64,000 nucleotides of DNA from an uncultured Candidatus Rokubacteria bacterium. Lineage in GTDB: Bacteria; Methylomirabilota; Methylomirabilia; Rokubacteriales; DASRDR01. The notes beneath the pieces were generated by a model, which had not been told where the DNA came from, made no database searches, and saw only the letters and a list, made by a program, of their open reading frames with translations. Numbering within the stretch: position 1 is the stretch's first letter; each line of letters opens with the position of its first letter. Shown here in pieces: positions 40,572 to 53,220 of the stretch. The translations under genes were made by a program, and so were the position numbers. Location of the stretch: NCBI GenBank assembly GCA_963805625.1, contig CAWDVE010000010.1:1696001-1760000 (forward strand), read 5' to 3'.

Positions 40572-40591
40572 CGGGGGAAACGGCCGAGAAG
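40572..40591 (+). repeat. 20-bp direct repeat, copy 2
   Basis: Identical to 37565-37584; abuts the yihY fragment breakpoint. Confidence 0.7.
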
Positions 40592-40801
40592 GCTCCATAC
40601 GAGGAGCCGATGCTGGCACGGCCGAGGTATAGGCCGATCAAGACGCCGAAGAGCAGTGACGTGATGACCGCCCCGACCCATACGTCCGGCCAGTCGAGCC
40701 GAACATCGGGCAGGACCCGATACACCATCGCGATCAGAACCGAGATCACGAGCAACGAGACGAGTAAGTTCAGGATCTGCCACACTGTGCCACCGCCCGG
40801 G
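40591..40801 (-). pseudogene. Internal fragment of a yihY/brkB paralog
   Basis: PGGGTVWQILNLLVSLLVISVLIAMVYRVLPDVRL.WPDVWVGAV..SIGSSYGA, closely matching the protein encoded at about 19725-19941. Confidence 0.85.
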
Positions 40802-40845
40802 TTCGCTGCCGGCCGAGACCTGGTGTCGCCGAGAGGAGATCGCCG

Positions 40846-41460
40846 ATGAAGAAGTATGTGCTGCCTGACCTGGCATACGAGTACTCCGCACTGGAGCCGC
40901 ACTACGCCGCGCGGCCGCTCGAGGTGCATCATCGCAAGCATCACGCGGCGTACGTCGCTGGCGCGAACACGACGCTCGAGAAGCTCGCGACGGCCCGTGA
41001 GCGCCGGAATTTCGAAGCGATCAACCAGCTGCAGAAGAGTCTCGCCTTTCATGTCTCCGGGCACGTGCTGCACTCACTCTTCTGGCGCAACATGAGCCCG
41101 CACGGTGGTGGGCAGCCCGGGGGCGAGGTGACCGCCGCCATCCAAGAGTCGTTCGGTTCGTTCGACGCCCTCAAGAGCCAGCTGACCGAAGCGGCGCTCA
41201 ACGTTCAAGGCTCCGGCTGGGGGGCCCTGGCGTGGGAGCCCGTCGGTCAGCGCTTGGTCGTGGAGCAGGTCTACGACCACCAAGGCAATATCGGCAACGG
41301 CACGGTGCCGCTGCTCGTGCTCGACATGTGGGAACATGCCTACTACCTGCAGTATCAACACGCGAAGGGCGATTGGGTCACGGCCTTCTGGAAGGTGGTC
41401 AATTGGGAGGACGTCGCGCAGCGCTTTCAGAAGGTGCGCACACTGGACCTCGGGCTGTAG
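40846..41460 (+). CDS. sodA: Fe/Mn superoxide dismutase
   Basis: HHRKHHAAYV; GHVLHSLFW; QGSGW; DMWEHAYY. Confidence 0.93.
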   Translation: MKKYVLPDLAYEYSALEPHYAARPLEVHHRKHHAAYVAGANTTLEKLATARERRNFEAINQLQKSLAFHVSGHVLHSLFWRNMSPHGGGQPGGEVTAAIQESFGSFDALKSQLTEAALNVQGSGWGALAWEPVGQRLVVEQVYDHQGNIGNGTVPLLVLDMWEHAYYLQYQHAKGDWVTAFWKVVNWEDVAQRFQKVRTLDLGL

Positions 41461-41692
41461 CCTGGTTCCCCGGGCGCCGGCTCGCTTTGGTAGCGACTTC
41501 AGCGGGTGGGAGGGATCGGCCGCCACGTCGCCCTCAGGCGTGGGTTCCGAGGCTCTAGCGGTTCAACCGAGGCAGTGGGCGGGTACATTAGTCAGAGAAA
41601 GCACTCTCCGACATGCGGCGGCTCTACCGTCTGGGCTACGAGGCGGCGTTCCGCCTGCGGGTGAAACGGCCGAGAGCCGCCGACCGAGAGCC

Positions 41693-41765
41693 TGTCCGCC
41701 TTTTGTCCACACTCCGTCCGGCGGGCCAGCGGTTGATCCTTTGCGCTGATCCTGAGATAGAGCCC
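41693..41765 (+). mobile_element. Isolated degenerate IS left end, homologous to 15291-15360
   Basis: actccgtccggcgggccagcggttgat vs actccgtccgtcggccaagcggttgat (24/27), followed by ctgatcc.gaga in both. Confidence 0.6.
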
Positions 41766-41804
41766 GGTCCACACGTCTTAAACGGTCTTGACTGGGAGAG
41801 ATGT

Positions 41805-42743
41805 CTAGCCCGGCGAGGCGCGGTGGCGACGGTGCGTTAGCTCGAACGCGCCCAACATGAGACTGCCAAAAACGAATGGAATCAGGAAATACATCGTGCG
41901 GAACGCGATCAGGGCGCCGATCACGTTGGCGCCCGGCACGAGCGACAGGATCACGGCCTCAATCACCCCGAGCCCGCCCGGCACGTGGCTCACGATCGCC
42001 ACAGTGTTGGCAATCACGTAGACTGCCGCCACCAGTAGGAAGCCGATCTCGGTCGAGGCCGAAAGCATCTGGTGCAGGACCGCCGAGACCAAGAGGAGGT
42101 CGCAGGTCCCGACCAGGATCTGACCGATGGCGAGCGTGAGCGGTGGCAAGTGCAGGGTGAAGTTCCGGATGTAGATCGTCCGGCGCACGACAATCGTGAA
42201 GGCCAGATAGGCTGCCGGAAGGACTAGGAGCACGACGCCTGCGGCAATCACCAGGCCGGAATCCACACCAAACATGTGCGCGACTAGCGGTGACTGCGTC
42301 AGGGCCGCGATGCCGCCGAGGGTAGCCAGACCGAGCAGCACGGTCGCGCCGCAGAACAGGATGATCCGGCCGACATCGCCGGCCGACAAGCCCCAGGCGG
42401 TGTAGAAACGGTAGCGCACGGCGCCACTACTGAATGCGGCCAGGCCCAGGGTATGGCCAATCGACAGGCTGATCAGCGAGGCGAGCGCGATCCTGCGATA
42501 TGCGAGGTCCCTCTTGGTGTAGCGGATTGCTAGCGTGTCGGCGGCGGTGAGGCACAGGTAGCTGCCTGCGGTGAAGGCCGCGCCGAGCGTCAGATGGGTC
42601 GAGGAAATCGCGCCCAGCGATTGGACAATCTCCTCTAGGCTGTGGCGTCTCAGTGCGCGAGACACCAGGAATGCGGCCAGCCCGAACACAGTCACGCCGA
42701 TCCAGGGAGATAAGCGCTTCAGCCGGGATGATGTCTCACTCAT
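41805..42743 (-). CDS. UPF0104/YbhN (lysylphosphatidylglycerol synthase TM-like) membrane protein
   Basis: SSGAVRYRFY; SHVPGGLGVIE; FRTMYFLIP. Confidence 0.88.
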   Translation of the reverse strand: MSETSSRLKRLSPWIGVTVFGLAAFLVSRALRRHSLEEIVQSLGAISSTHLTLGAAFTAGSYLCLTAADTLAIRYTKRDLAYRRIALASLISLSIGHTLGLAAFSSGAVRYRFYTAWGLSAGDVGRIILFCGATVLLGLATLGGIAALTQSPLVAHMFGVDSGLVIAAGVVLLVLPAAYLAFTIVVRRTIYIRNFTLHLPPLTLAIGQILVGTCDLLLVSAVLHQMLSASTEIGFLLVAAVYVIANTVAIVSHVPGGLGVIEAVILSLVPGANVIGALIAFRTMYFLIPFVFGSLMLGAFELTHRRHRASPG

Positions 42744-42877
42744 TTACCGACAAAGGTCATCCAGCGAGATCGCGGGGCTGAAAGTGCAAGAAGGGTACCA
42801 GCGGTACGCGGGAGAGATTGGCAGTTCGAACGAGGCTGGAAATTGCCAGACATCAGTTGGGACGAATAAATGAAACG

Positions 42878-42985
42878 GGTTCATCCGGTAGTCCGCCACA
42901 GTGGAAGTAGATTGGCAGTTGAAGACTCCAGGTTGCGGAAGCCGTAGGCCATTTTCCTTGATGGTCTGGATCTTGGAGTTGAAAC
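42878..42985 (-). mobile_element. ISL3-family remnant (transposase C-terminus and terminal IR)
   Basis: FNSKIQTIK/MAYGFRN/IYFHCGGL with frameshifts; GGTTCATCCGG at 42878. Confidence 0.7.
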
Positions 42986-43476
42986 TCGTCCTTCAGCGAT
43001 TGTGCCGTCAGATTCATCACCAATTCGCCTGCGCTACTACTCCGACGCCTAAGGTAGGGCTTTCCGGGGTTTCGATCGGATCAAGGCCTCGACCGGGAGC
43101 ATTCCCCTTTGGACTGCGACATCCCGTCGGCCTTGCGACCGAATGTCTCGACCGACGAGTGAAAGGGCTCGCCAATTGCTCCTCACTCTGGCACCGGTCG
43201 TGCGCTTCCTCGGGTGAGGTGACGAGGCGCGTCTTGGTGAAAACGGACGCGTCGACACGGGCGGCCATTCGTGCGCCGTCGGACGCGCGCTCCGAGGCGG
43301 CGCTCTTCGTGACATGCAGGTTCTCGTCGCCGGACGGGCGTTCCGCTCGAGCGAGCGACACCAATGTCAAGCCGGCGGGCAAGACGTCTGACGCGAGGAT
43401 GACGTCCTGGTTGAGGATTCTCAGCGGGCGGGCATGCGAATCCCCGCCACAGCGGATGAACGCGTTGCGGGCCCGC

Positions 43477-43830
43477 TTATCGGTAATGATCAGACTCGCC
43501 GAGCCCGATCCTCACCTCCTGGCCGAATCTGAAGAGCGATCCACCCAGCAGACCAACTGCTATCACGAAAAGAAGGCCGGCTCCGTATTCCTGCTGCAGC
43601 CGGAGGAACGCGCCCGCGAGCAACGTCGTGCACATCCCGCTGGCAAGTGCCAAGTGTGTAAAATTGTTCAAGAGTTTGGCCCGCGGCGGCATGCGCGGAA
43701 TATCAGACTTGAGGTGGGCCCGCGTGGTATCGTCGTCCGCGATCTCATTCAGGGTGCGGATGCGGTCGAGGACAGTCGTCATCCGTCCCAGCAGGATCGA
43801 AGTGAATCCGGCCACCGCACCGAACGAAGG
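43477..43830 (-). pseudogene. DUF2721-like membrane protein, damaged
   Basis: GAVAGFTSILLGRMTTVLDRIR..EVRIGL; N-terminus appears frameshifted. Confidence 0.55.
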
Positions 43831-44004
43831 CCGGTGCCATCGCCTGCGACATCGCCGCGAGAGCTGACCTGCGTCCGGAAGGTCCATGCGCGCGCTACCG
43901 CCGTCCGGAGAGTGGTGACTATGCCCGTGTGTGATTGCCGGGCGCGAGCCCCCCGCGGTGTGTGAGCCGTGTCGGATAAGAGCAGGCGGGCACGGTCTAT
44001 TCCT

Positions 44005-44358
44005 CTATGCGTTCGTCTCCGTGTCGCTGGTTGCGGCCCGAATCAAGAGGGCCGTCAGGATCAGGTGCAGGACGACTGCCGGCCACAGCAGTGGGCCAGT
44101 CAAGCCACCCGCGAAGCCCACGTAGGCGAGACACAGCGTGACGGCCGCGCTGTAGGTCAACATGCCGACCAGCGGCGGGCCCGGCCAGCAGGCGACCCCT
44201 AATGCGATCAGGGCGATGCCGGTCACACGCGCCACGGTGATCGCCATGCCGGTCAGTTCTGAGCCGAACAGCACTTGCCCGACCAGCGACGGGGCGATCA
44301 GCAACGCCACCCCGGTCGCGGCTTCACTGACCGCCGCGAGAACCAGCACCTTCTTCAG
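44005..44358 (-). CDS. Small membrane protein downstream of the sulfatase
   Basis: KKVLVLAAVSEAATGVALLIAPS..GIALIALGVACWPG..LWPAVVLH; four TM helices. Confidence 0.7.
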   Translation of the reverse strand: MKKVLVLAAVSEAATGVALLIAPSLVGQVLFGSELTGMAITVARVTGIALIALGVACWPGPPLVGMLTYSAAVTLCLAYVGFAGGLTGPLLWPAVVLHLILTALLIRAATSDTETNA

Positions 44359-44416
44359 CGCGTCGATCTCTCGTCCTTTCGCGCTCGCGATCCCGGTGCG
44401 CAATGGCTGAACGCGG

Positions 44417-46879
44417 CTAGGGCTTCGGTGGTTCGAGCTTGAAGGTCAGCTTGTTGATCTTGCCGGTGAACTTGAACGGCGCCTCGTAGCGATACTCAAG
44501 CAGCGCGACGCCGGTGCGCGTGTCCTGGCCGACGTCGAAGGTTTCGTCCTCCGGGAACGTGACCGGGATGGTGTGTTCCATGGAATTCCTGGCCACTTCC
44601 CGACCGTCCACGGAGAGCACGCCCGTCCCCCCCTTGCCCAAACCCGGACCATCGGACTTGAAGTCGAAGACGATGGTGTGCTTGCCGGCCTTCAACTCAG
44701 GCCCCTCCCATGTGGTGCGCTTGAGATCGAGCAGGTTGTAGAGGAACACCGGCCTGCCCCCGCCGATGCCCAGTTCGCCCTTGCTCAGGAACAGGCCATA
44801 GCCGCCGAAGCGCCCGCCCTCGGTGACGATCATGCCTTCCCCGCCGCCTTCGGGGATCTCGACCTCGGCCGTGATGGTGTAGGACTTGTTGAGGATGCTC
44901 GGCGCCGCGCTGGCCGGCGTGCCGGCCAGCTCGCCCGAATACGTGAACACCGTTCGTCCCGCCGTGAGGTTCGGGCGCGGCGTATTCCACCGCGCGAGCG
45001 TCGAATTGTCGAGCGGCAGCACGTTGTACTTCTTCGCCTCGGCGTAGAAGAGAGCCTGCATCTGCTTGAGTTTCGTCGGCATCTTGGCCGCCAGGTCGTT
45101 GAATTGGGTGGGGTCGTCCTTCACGTTGTACAGCTCCCAGCTGTACCCGGTGATCACATCCGGGGGCGTCTTGGTGCTCAGCTCCCACGGGAGCGTCGCG
45201 GGCGTCGTGGCCGCGACCCAGCCGTCGTGATAGATGGCGCGATTGCCGAGCATCTCGAAGTACTGCGTCTTGCGCCGAGACGGGGCGTTGGCACTCGGCT
45301 TGTCCCACGTGTACGTCATGCTCACGCCTTCGATGGGGTGCTGCTTGATGCCGTTGATCGTATCGGGCGCCGGGATGCCGGCCGCCTGGAGGATGGTCGG
45401 CACAACGTCGATGACGTGATGGAATTGGCGGCGGATGCCGCCCACGTCCTTGACGTGGCCGGGCCAGGACATGGCCACACCCTGGGCCGTTCCGCCGAAG
45501 TGCGAGGGCACCTGCTTCACCCACTTGAACGGCGTGCCCATCGCCCACGCCCAGCCCGCCGCGAAGTGCGGGAAGGTCCGCTCGGACCCCCAGAATTCGT
45601 ACCAGAGGAACTGGTCCTTGACCGGCACGGCCACGCCATTGAAGGTGGTGAACTCGTTCGGGGTGCCGTTGATCATGCCTTCGGCACTCGCGCCGTTGTC
45701 GCCACCGATGTAGATGATCAGGGTGTTGTCGAGCTCGCCGAGGTCTTCGACGGCCTGGATGACCCGTCCGATCTCATGGTCGGCGTAGGCCAGGTAGGCC
45801 CCATAGACGTCCGCTTGCTTGACGAAGAGCTTCTTCTCCTCCCAGCTGAGCGAATCCCATTCCGGCAGTCCCTTCGGCCACGGGGTCAGCTGGGCGTTCG
45901 GCGGCATGATGCCCAGCCGCTTCTGGTTGGCGAAGATGGTCTCGCGCACCTTGTTCCAGCCCTCGTCGAAGAGATGCATATCGCTGATCTTCGTGACCCA
46001 CTCGGGCGTGGGGTGATGCGGCGCATGGGTGGCGCCCGGCACGTAATAGACGAGCCACGGCTTGCCGGGCGCGATCTCCTTGAGTTGCTTCATGTACTGG
46101 ATGGCCTCATCGGCCATCGCCGTCTCCAAGTTCCAGCTGGGATTGCCCTGGAAGGGGTAGATGGCCGTCGTATTGCGGTACAGGTTCGGTTGCCACTGGC
46201 TGGCGTCGCCGCCGACGAAGCCATAGAAGTACTCGAAACCCATGCCGTTCGGCCATTGACTGAACGGCCCGGCCTGGCTCGACTGATACGAGGGCGTGTT
46301 GTGGTTCTTGCCGAACCACGACGTGGCGTATCCGTTCTCCTTCAGGATGGTGCCCACGGTGCCCTTCTCAATCGGGATGATCGAGTCGTAGCCCGGGAAC
46401 CCCGTCGCGATCTCGCCGACCACCCCGGAGCCCACCGAGTGATGGTTGCGGCCCGTGATCAGCGCCGCCCGCGTCGGTGAGCACAGTGACGTCGAATGGA
46501 AGTTCGTGTAGCGCAGTCCATCCCGTGCGATGCGGTCCATGGCCGGAGTGGGGATGACGCCGCCGAAGGTGCTTGGCGCACCGAAACCTTGGTCATCCGT
46601 CATGATGAGCAGCACGTTGGGGGCGCCCTTCGGCGGCACGACGCGAGGCGCCCACCACGCTTTCGACTCCGAGGCCTTTTGCTTGATCACCCCGCCGAAC
46701 TTCGGAGCGGGCGGCGGAAGCTGTTTTCCGTGGATTGTGGTGGTGGCGCTGGGCGCACCCAGCTCACCGGTTACGTGCTGTGCGATGCCGGATGAGGGAT
46801 GGAATGCAAAGGCGACACCTGACACCGCGATGGCGACGACCTGCTTGACAGCCTTCATACGCTGCTTGACAGCCTTCAT
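44417..46879 (-). CDS. Arylsulfatase (Cys-type, secreted)
   Basis: PNVLLIMTDD; LCSPTRAALITGR; FGKNH; GATHAPH; GDNG; RBS AAGGAGG. Confidence 0.95.
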   Translation of the reverse strand: MKAVKQRMKAVKQVVAIAVSGVAFAFHPSSGIAQHVTGELGAPSATTTIHGKQLPPPAPKFGGVIKQKASESKAWWAPRVVPPKGAPNVLLIMTDDQGFGAPSTFGGVIPTPAMDRIARDGLRYTNFHSTSLCSPTRAALITGRNHHSVGSGVVGEIATGFPGYDSIIPIEKGTVGTILKENGYATSWFGKNHNTPSYQSSQAGPFSQWPNGMGFEYFYGFVGGDASQWQPNLYRNTTAIYPFQGNPSWNLETAMADEAIQYMKQLKEIAPGKPWLVYYVPGATHAPHHPTPEWVTKISDMHLFDEGWNKVRETIFANQKRLGIMPPNAQLTPWPKGLPEWDSLSWEEKKLFVKQADVYGAYLAYADHEIGRVIQAVEDLGELDNTLIIYIGGDNGASAEGMINGTPNEFTTFNGVAVPVKDQFLWYEFWGSERTFPHFAAGWAWAMGTPFKWVKQVPSHFGGTAQGVAMSWPGHVKDVGGIRRQFHHVIDVVPTILQAAGIPAPDTINGIKQHPIEGVSMTYTWDKPSANAPSRRKTQYFEMLGNRAIYHDGWVAATTPATLPWELSTKTPPDVITGYSWELYNVKDDPTQFNDLAAKMPTKLKQMQALFYAEAKKYNVLPLDNSTLARWNTPRPNLTAGRTVFTYSGELAGTPASAAPSILNKSYTITAEVEIPEGGGEGMIVTEGGRFGGYGLFLSKGELGIGGGRPVFLYNLLDLKRTTWEGPELKAGKHTIVFDFKSDGPGLGKGGTGVLSVDGREVARNSMEHTIPVTFPEDETFDVGQDTRTGVALLEYRYEAPFKFTGKINKLTFKLEPPKP

Positions 46880-47049
46880 ACGCGGCCCCTCCTTGTGGTG
46901 TTGTCGACCGCGACATTCGCAGGCCGCGACCCCGGTGGCCCCTGCATTTGGCTGGCGACGCTGCTATCACAGGCCGTAGACTGCTTCAGCAATTAGGCAG
47001 ACCGGACACTCTACGTGATCGCTGCGGTCGCCGGACCCGTCTCACTGCG

Positions 47050-47820
47050 TCATTCCACGATCTGATCCAGGAGTTTCTGGGACTCGGCCTGGTACTGGCT
47101 CTGGGTGATCAGCCCCTGCTTGAGCAGGCCCTTGAGCTCCTTGAGCTTCGCCACGGCGGCGGCCTGGCTCGTGGTCGCGCCCGCAGGCGCCGTGACCGTC
47201 ACGTTCACTGCGGGGGGCGGCTGGGGGGCCGTGTAGACGGGAGCAGCCGGTGCGGGAGGCGGGGGCGGGTGATAGGCGTGGGCCGCTGCACTCGCGCTCC
47301 CCATCGCCGCGCCGGCGGCGAACATTCTCCACCGCCCGAGGATGTCGATGAACAGCGACGACTCGCGGAAAGCGGACGGGAGAGAACCCTTCAGGACCTT
47401 GACCTGGTAGGACAGCGTGTTCTTCCTGAGCTTTGGCTCCGTCAGCTCGACCACCGCACTGTTCACGCCCTTGTCACCGAAGATGGAAAGCGTCCCATTC
47501 GGGGGATTCTCGGCAAAGTTGTCCGATCCCTTGTCCCAGTGACTGATGAACTCTGACGTGGTCACCTGTCCCGTCACCCGGTACGGCCGGTCCGAGAAGA
47601 AGATGGTGGGCCCTACCCCCACCAGCGTCAATCGCTTGCCGTCATAGGTACCGGACGTTCCATTCTGCACGAAGAGCAGCTCGACCGTCTCGGACGTCTG
47701 GCCCGTCTGGGGCTTCGGCTGGGCATCGACGCGGCCGATGCCGACAACGCCCAGGGCGAAGACCCCGAGGCTCAGGACCCCCACGGCGAGCAGGGACACC
47801 AGGCGAGGGTGGGTTTTCAT
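47050..47820 (-). CDS. Secreted protein with FSDRP-motif domain, Pro linker and C-terminal SHOCT domain
   Basis: LLFVQ..FFSDRPYR..DNFAENPPNGTLS..SLFID; KLKELKGLLKQGLITQSQY. Confidence 0.8.
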   Translation of the reverse strand: MKTHPRLVSLLAVGVLSLGVFALGVVGIGRVDAQPKPQTGQTSETVELLFVQNGTSGTYDGKRLTLVGVGPTIFFSDRPYRVTGQVTTSEFISHWDKGSDNFAENPPNGTLSIFGDKGVNSAVVELTEPKLRKNTLSYQVKVLKGSLPSAFRESSLFIDILGRWRMFAAGAAMGSASAAAHAYHPPPPPAPAAPVYTAPQPPPAVNVTVTAPAGATTSQAAAVAKLKELKGLLKQGLITQSQYQAESQKLLDQIVE

Positions 47821-47849
47821 CTGTCGATCTCCTTGCAGTACCGGAAGGG

Positions 47850-48015
47850 TTCACTCCCGCGTTGCGGTAGACCAGGTCGCCCACGGGCACGGTGAGCCCG
47901 AGTGACTCGCGCGCGAAGTCCAGCACCCCTCGATCGTCCCGGGCGCAGGCTCGACCGCATAGTCTGCCATCCGCTGCAGGATCCGCGCGGCGGCCGGATC
48001 CACCGCCGGCCCCTA
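47850..48015 (-). pseudogene. Internally deleted DUF2092 paralog
   Basis: VDPAAARILQRMADY joined directly to AVEPAPGTIEG/VLDFARESLGLTVPVGDLVYR, matching 54484-55290. Confidence 0.8.
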
Positions 48016-48173
48016 TGCCCCGGCCGCTGCGGCGAGGGTCGCCAGCAGTGCGAGTGCGCGCGATCCTGACTCTGAGCAAGCTTATCCTCCTGACTTCATC
48101 TCCGCCTGGTGCCATCGACGGACCGTCCATGATCTAGCGACCATCGCCTACCTGACGCCTCCAGCTCCACCAG

Positions 48174-48734
48174 CTAGTAGATCCCGGGGCCGCGCAGGCC
48201 CACGCCGACGCCGTGGAACCCGCGGCCCACGCCGCCGCCGACCCCGATCCAATCGATGAACAGCGACGTCTCACCGCCACTGCCGGGCATTCTGCCGCTG
48301 ATAATCTTGTAGCGGTAGACGAGGTCCGCACCGTCGACAACCGGGTTGGTGATCTTGACCACGACGAGCGTATTGTTCGCCTGTCCCGGCTCATACACAG
48401 ATAGCGCGGCGTTCGGCGGGTCTGTGCCAAAATTATCCTTGCCGGCTGCTGCTGTCCATTCCTTGAGATAGTCGGCCATCTTAAGGTGCCCGGCCAACCG
48501 CTGTGGCCGATCCGAGAAGTACAGCGTCTGCTGGCTGACCTTCACCAGCCGAAAGGTGCTCGCGGCAGGATCGACCGTGATATTCTCCGCGCTCTGCACG
48601 AACATGAGCTGCGGCGATCCGGAGGAAGCCGTCGATGTCGTGCTGCACGCCGCCAGCGACAACACGGCGGCGGCCAGAAACAGCGGCAAGCAGACCGGGC
48701 GCAGGCCCCTGTAGAGCTCACTCAAGTCTTTCAT
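48174..48734 (-). CDS. Lipoprotein, FSDRP-motif family
   Basis: Lipobox LAAC; LMFVQSAE..LYFSDRPQR..DNFG.DPPNA; Gly-rich tail. Confidence 0.8.
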   Translation of the reverse strand: MKDLSELYRGLRPVCLPLFLAAAVLSLAACSTTSTASSGSPQLMFVQSAENITVDPAASTFRLVKVSQQTLYFSDRPQRLAGHLKMADYLKEWTAAAGKDNFGTDPPNAALSVYEPGQANNTLVVVKITNPVVDGADLVYRYKIISGRMPGSGGETSLFIDWIGVGGGVGRGFHGVGVGLRGPGIY

Positions 48735-49165
48735 GGACGTGCTCTCCTCTCACTGCACGGTTCAGGGGTTCCGTGGCATGCGGCCATGGCTTGTAGCAGC
48801 GCCACGGCATCGACGTTGCCCCACACGGCCGCAGAGCAGTCTCCCTGTAGGTTAGGACGCCTGCCCCAGTTCCACCCGTTCCCGGCCGCCACCCACCCCT
48901 CCGTCAGCTTCACGGTGGCGTCGGGCTTCTCCGCTGCTGGGGGGCCTGGGCCAGGGTCGACCCGGCCATCAATGCCACGATCCCTGCGATAGCTACCCAC
49001 GCGGTCACTCGACGCGACATATCTCGGTTCCTCGTGTGTGGCGTGAGTGGATGATGCGACTAGAAGAGAGGTCCCGCCACCCTCGTCACCTCCGTCATTC
49101 CGCTGCCACCCGCCGCTCGCGTCGTGTTGACCGGATACCTGTCTAGCGCGGCTCTTCGATTCCCG

Positions 49166-49732
49166 CTAGTTCAGCGCGTCGTCCTTGTAGTACTTGGCGC
49201 CGGTGACGCTGACGCCGGCAATGGCGCCCTCTTGCGTGAGCTGATACATCGTCACCCCGGGGGACACCACGACACCGCCCGCGGCGCCGCCGCCCTGTGT
49301 GCCGCTCTTTGCCGCGGCCATCGCGTTGGCACCGAACTCCCAGCCGGAATTCACAAAGTCGCTGAACGCGTCCCTCGTGTCGAATATGAACACGTTCCGG
49401 AAATTCTCGATGCCGAAGCCGTACCCCGGCTGCAGCTCGATCATCTTCATGAAGGTGTCCTGCTTCGTGGCGTTGTTGACCGCGATGCCCCCGCCGTGGG
49501 CCGCGCCCCCGTAGAACATCTTCATGCCGATGTCGCTGAACACCGCGTAGCCCGCGGCCCCCCGGATCCTCGACTGGGTGCCCGGGTAGCTCTGGTAGAG
49601 CTGGGCGAGCGTGTCGCTCGCCATCTGGCGAATGGCGCTCCTCTGATCCGGCGCGCTGACCTGAGGGCCTGCGGCACAGGCCTGCAGGGTCAGACCGAGC
49701 GCAGTGACGGCGACTGCGATGGGTGCTCGCAT
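49166..49732 (-). CDS. YSC84/SYLF-related lipoprotein
   Basis: LQAC lipobox; AAGYAVF; GWEFGANA.AAAK; YQLT..G..V.GAKYYKDDALN. Confidence 0.8.
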   Translation of the reverse strand: MRAPIAVAVTALGLTLQACAAGPQVSAPDQRSAIRQMASDTLAQLYQSYPGTQSRIRGAAGYAVFSDIGMKMFYGGAAHGGGIAVNNATKQDTFMKMIELQPGYGFGIENFRNVFIFDTRDAFSDFVNSGWEFGANAMAAAKSGTQGGGAAGGVVVSPGVTMYQLTQEGAIAGVSVTGAKYYKDDALN

Positions 49733-49833
49733 TCTGCTGCTCCTTCGGGTAAGGCCCTCGTTGAAGAAAGGCCCGCTCGTCTCACCCGTCCCTCCCCGAG
49801 GCTGCCGGCGCCGGAGGAGTCGCCTCGACGGCA

Positions 49834-50091
49834 TCAGGGCTCCTCCAGACCGAGGAGGAGCCTCAGGTAGCGGGAGATGCCCGTGACCTGCGCGCCATCG
49901 ATCAAGAGACGCCTGAGCGTCGCCACCCCCTGGTCGTCGGCACTCATCAGGTAGGTCACATCGAGGAACAATGGTCCCGATGCGTCCCGACAGACTCGGT
50001 CGAGCTCCCCAACCGCGGCGCCCGCGAGGCGACCGTGGATCCGGATGACCGCTCGGCCCGGTTCCGGGCACACGTCCAACCGACAATTCAC
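49834..50091 (-). CDS. Small STAS-like protein
   Basis: IRIHGRLAG..VGEL..LDVTYLMSADDQG...L; GGAGGG RBS. Confidence 0.7.
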   Translation of the reverse strand: MNCRLDVCPEPGRAVIRIHGRLAGAAVGELDRVCRDASGPLFLDVTYLMSADDQGVATLRRLLIDGAQVTGISRYLRLLLGLEEP

Positions 50092-50454
50092 AGCCCCTCC
50101 CCTGCCGGGCATCAAGCAGCGATTCGTCTAAATTCAGATCTGCCGCAGACTCCTGTGCACCCGACGTACCAGTGGCCGGAATGAGCGCGGCAGATCCCTA
50201 ACTGCGCGCAGGACCGGATGATAAGTCCAGCTGTCGCAAGTCGGACCGGGATGCGATCGGTGGTGGCCACGGCCGGCCGCCGCGACATGTCGTGGGAGAC
50301 CCTTCTTGAAGTCCCCCAGAGCTTGGGGGAGTATGCCTGACAGGTGGCCGCCGGCGCTCGACGTCCAGGGCGGGGTCATTCGTTCGGTCGAGGCGGCAAG
50401 ACCCGACTGGCCACCGCCAGGGAGGAGCGATTCTCACGCGATGGGCCGCATGGG

Positions 50455-52611
<2,157 letters not shown>

Positions 52612-52627
52612 CGCGGGTCCGGGGTTC

Positions 52628-53220
52628 CTACCCACGCGAAGCATCTCCTCCACCACCGTCGCACAGCGATCGCGCCGAGACCGGGCCGCTCTCCGCATCG
52701 TCTCCTGCCGGGCGAGGTGTGCATCGATGTTCGCCGGGTCCACCAAGACGCCGGCGTTCCGAATCATGTCGGCCACCGCGCCGCACTTGCCGCAGCCTTG
52801 TCCGAGGAACTCGCGAAGCATGACATGACCCACGGCGGGCCAGAAGTGGGCGACGTCGAGGAACAGCGAGTCCATGGCATCGAACATCCCGACTCCGGAA
52901 AAGTCCCAGTACGGTCCGGCGTCGAGGAGCCACCCCAGGTTCACCCCGATCCCGAGCGCCAGCAAGCGGCGGGCTGACGCCGCGGATGCGTCGACCGGTC
53001 CGGCTCGCCGCTGGAGCCGCGTGCCCAGCGAGAAGTTGAAGACGATGGAGAACACGATGAGAGACAGGAACCGCCAATCCCACCACGCGTAGAAAGCCAA
53101 CGACGCGACGATCAGGAACGTCAGCACGGCGCGGCGCGTCCGCCAGCGGGCCAGCACCGCGAACCCCGCGAGCACAAACGGCAGGAACACGAACACGAAG
53201 GGATAGGAGTTGAAGAGCAC
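52628..53220 (-). pseudogene. AlgI/MBOAT N-terminus fused in frame to the C-terminal part of another protein
   Basis: VLFNSYPFVFVFLP..ASLAFYAWWD..GIGVNLGWL abruptly followed by YWDFSG..FLDVAHF.PAVG..ML. Confidence 0.75.

Noticed and set aside
43189-43204. TGGCACCGGTCGTGCG sigma-54-like element
   Set aside because: Spacing is correct but the -12 is weak and no credible gene lies downstream on this strand
46842-46879. Tandem duplication at the sulfatase start (MKAVKQR MKAVKQV)
   Set aside because: A 21-nt-period local duplication that only offers two alternative starts; no evidence of function
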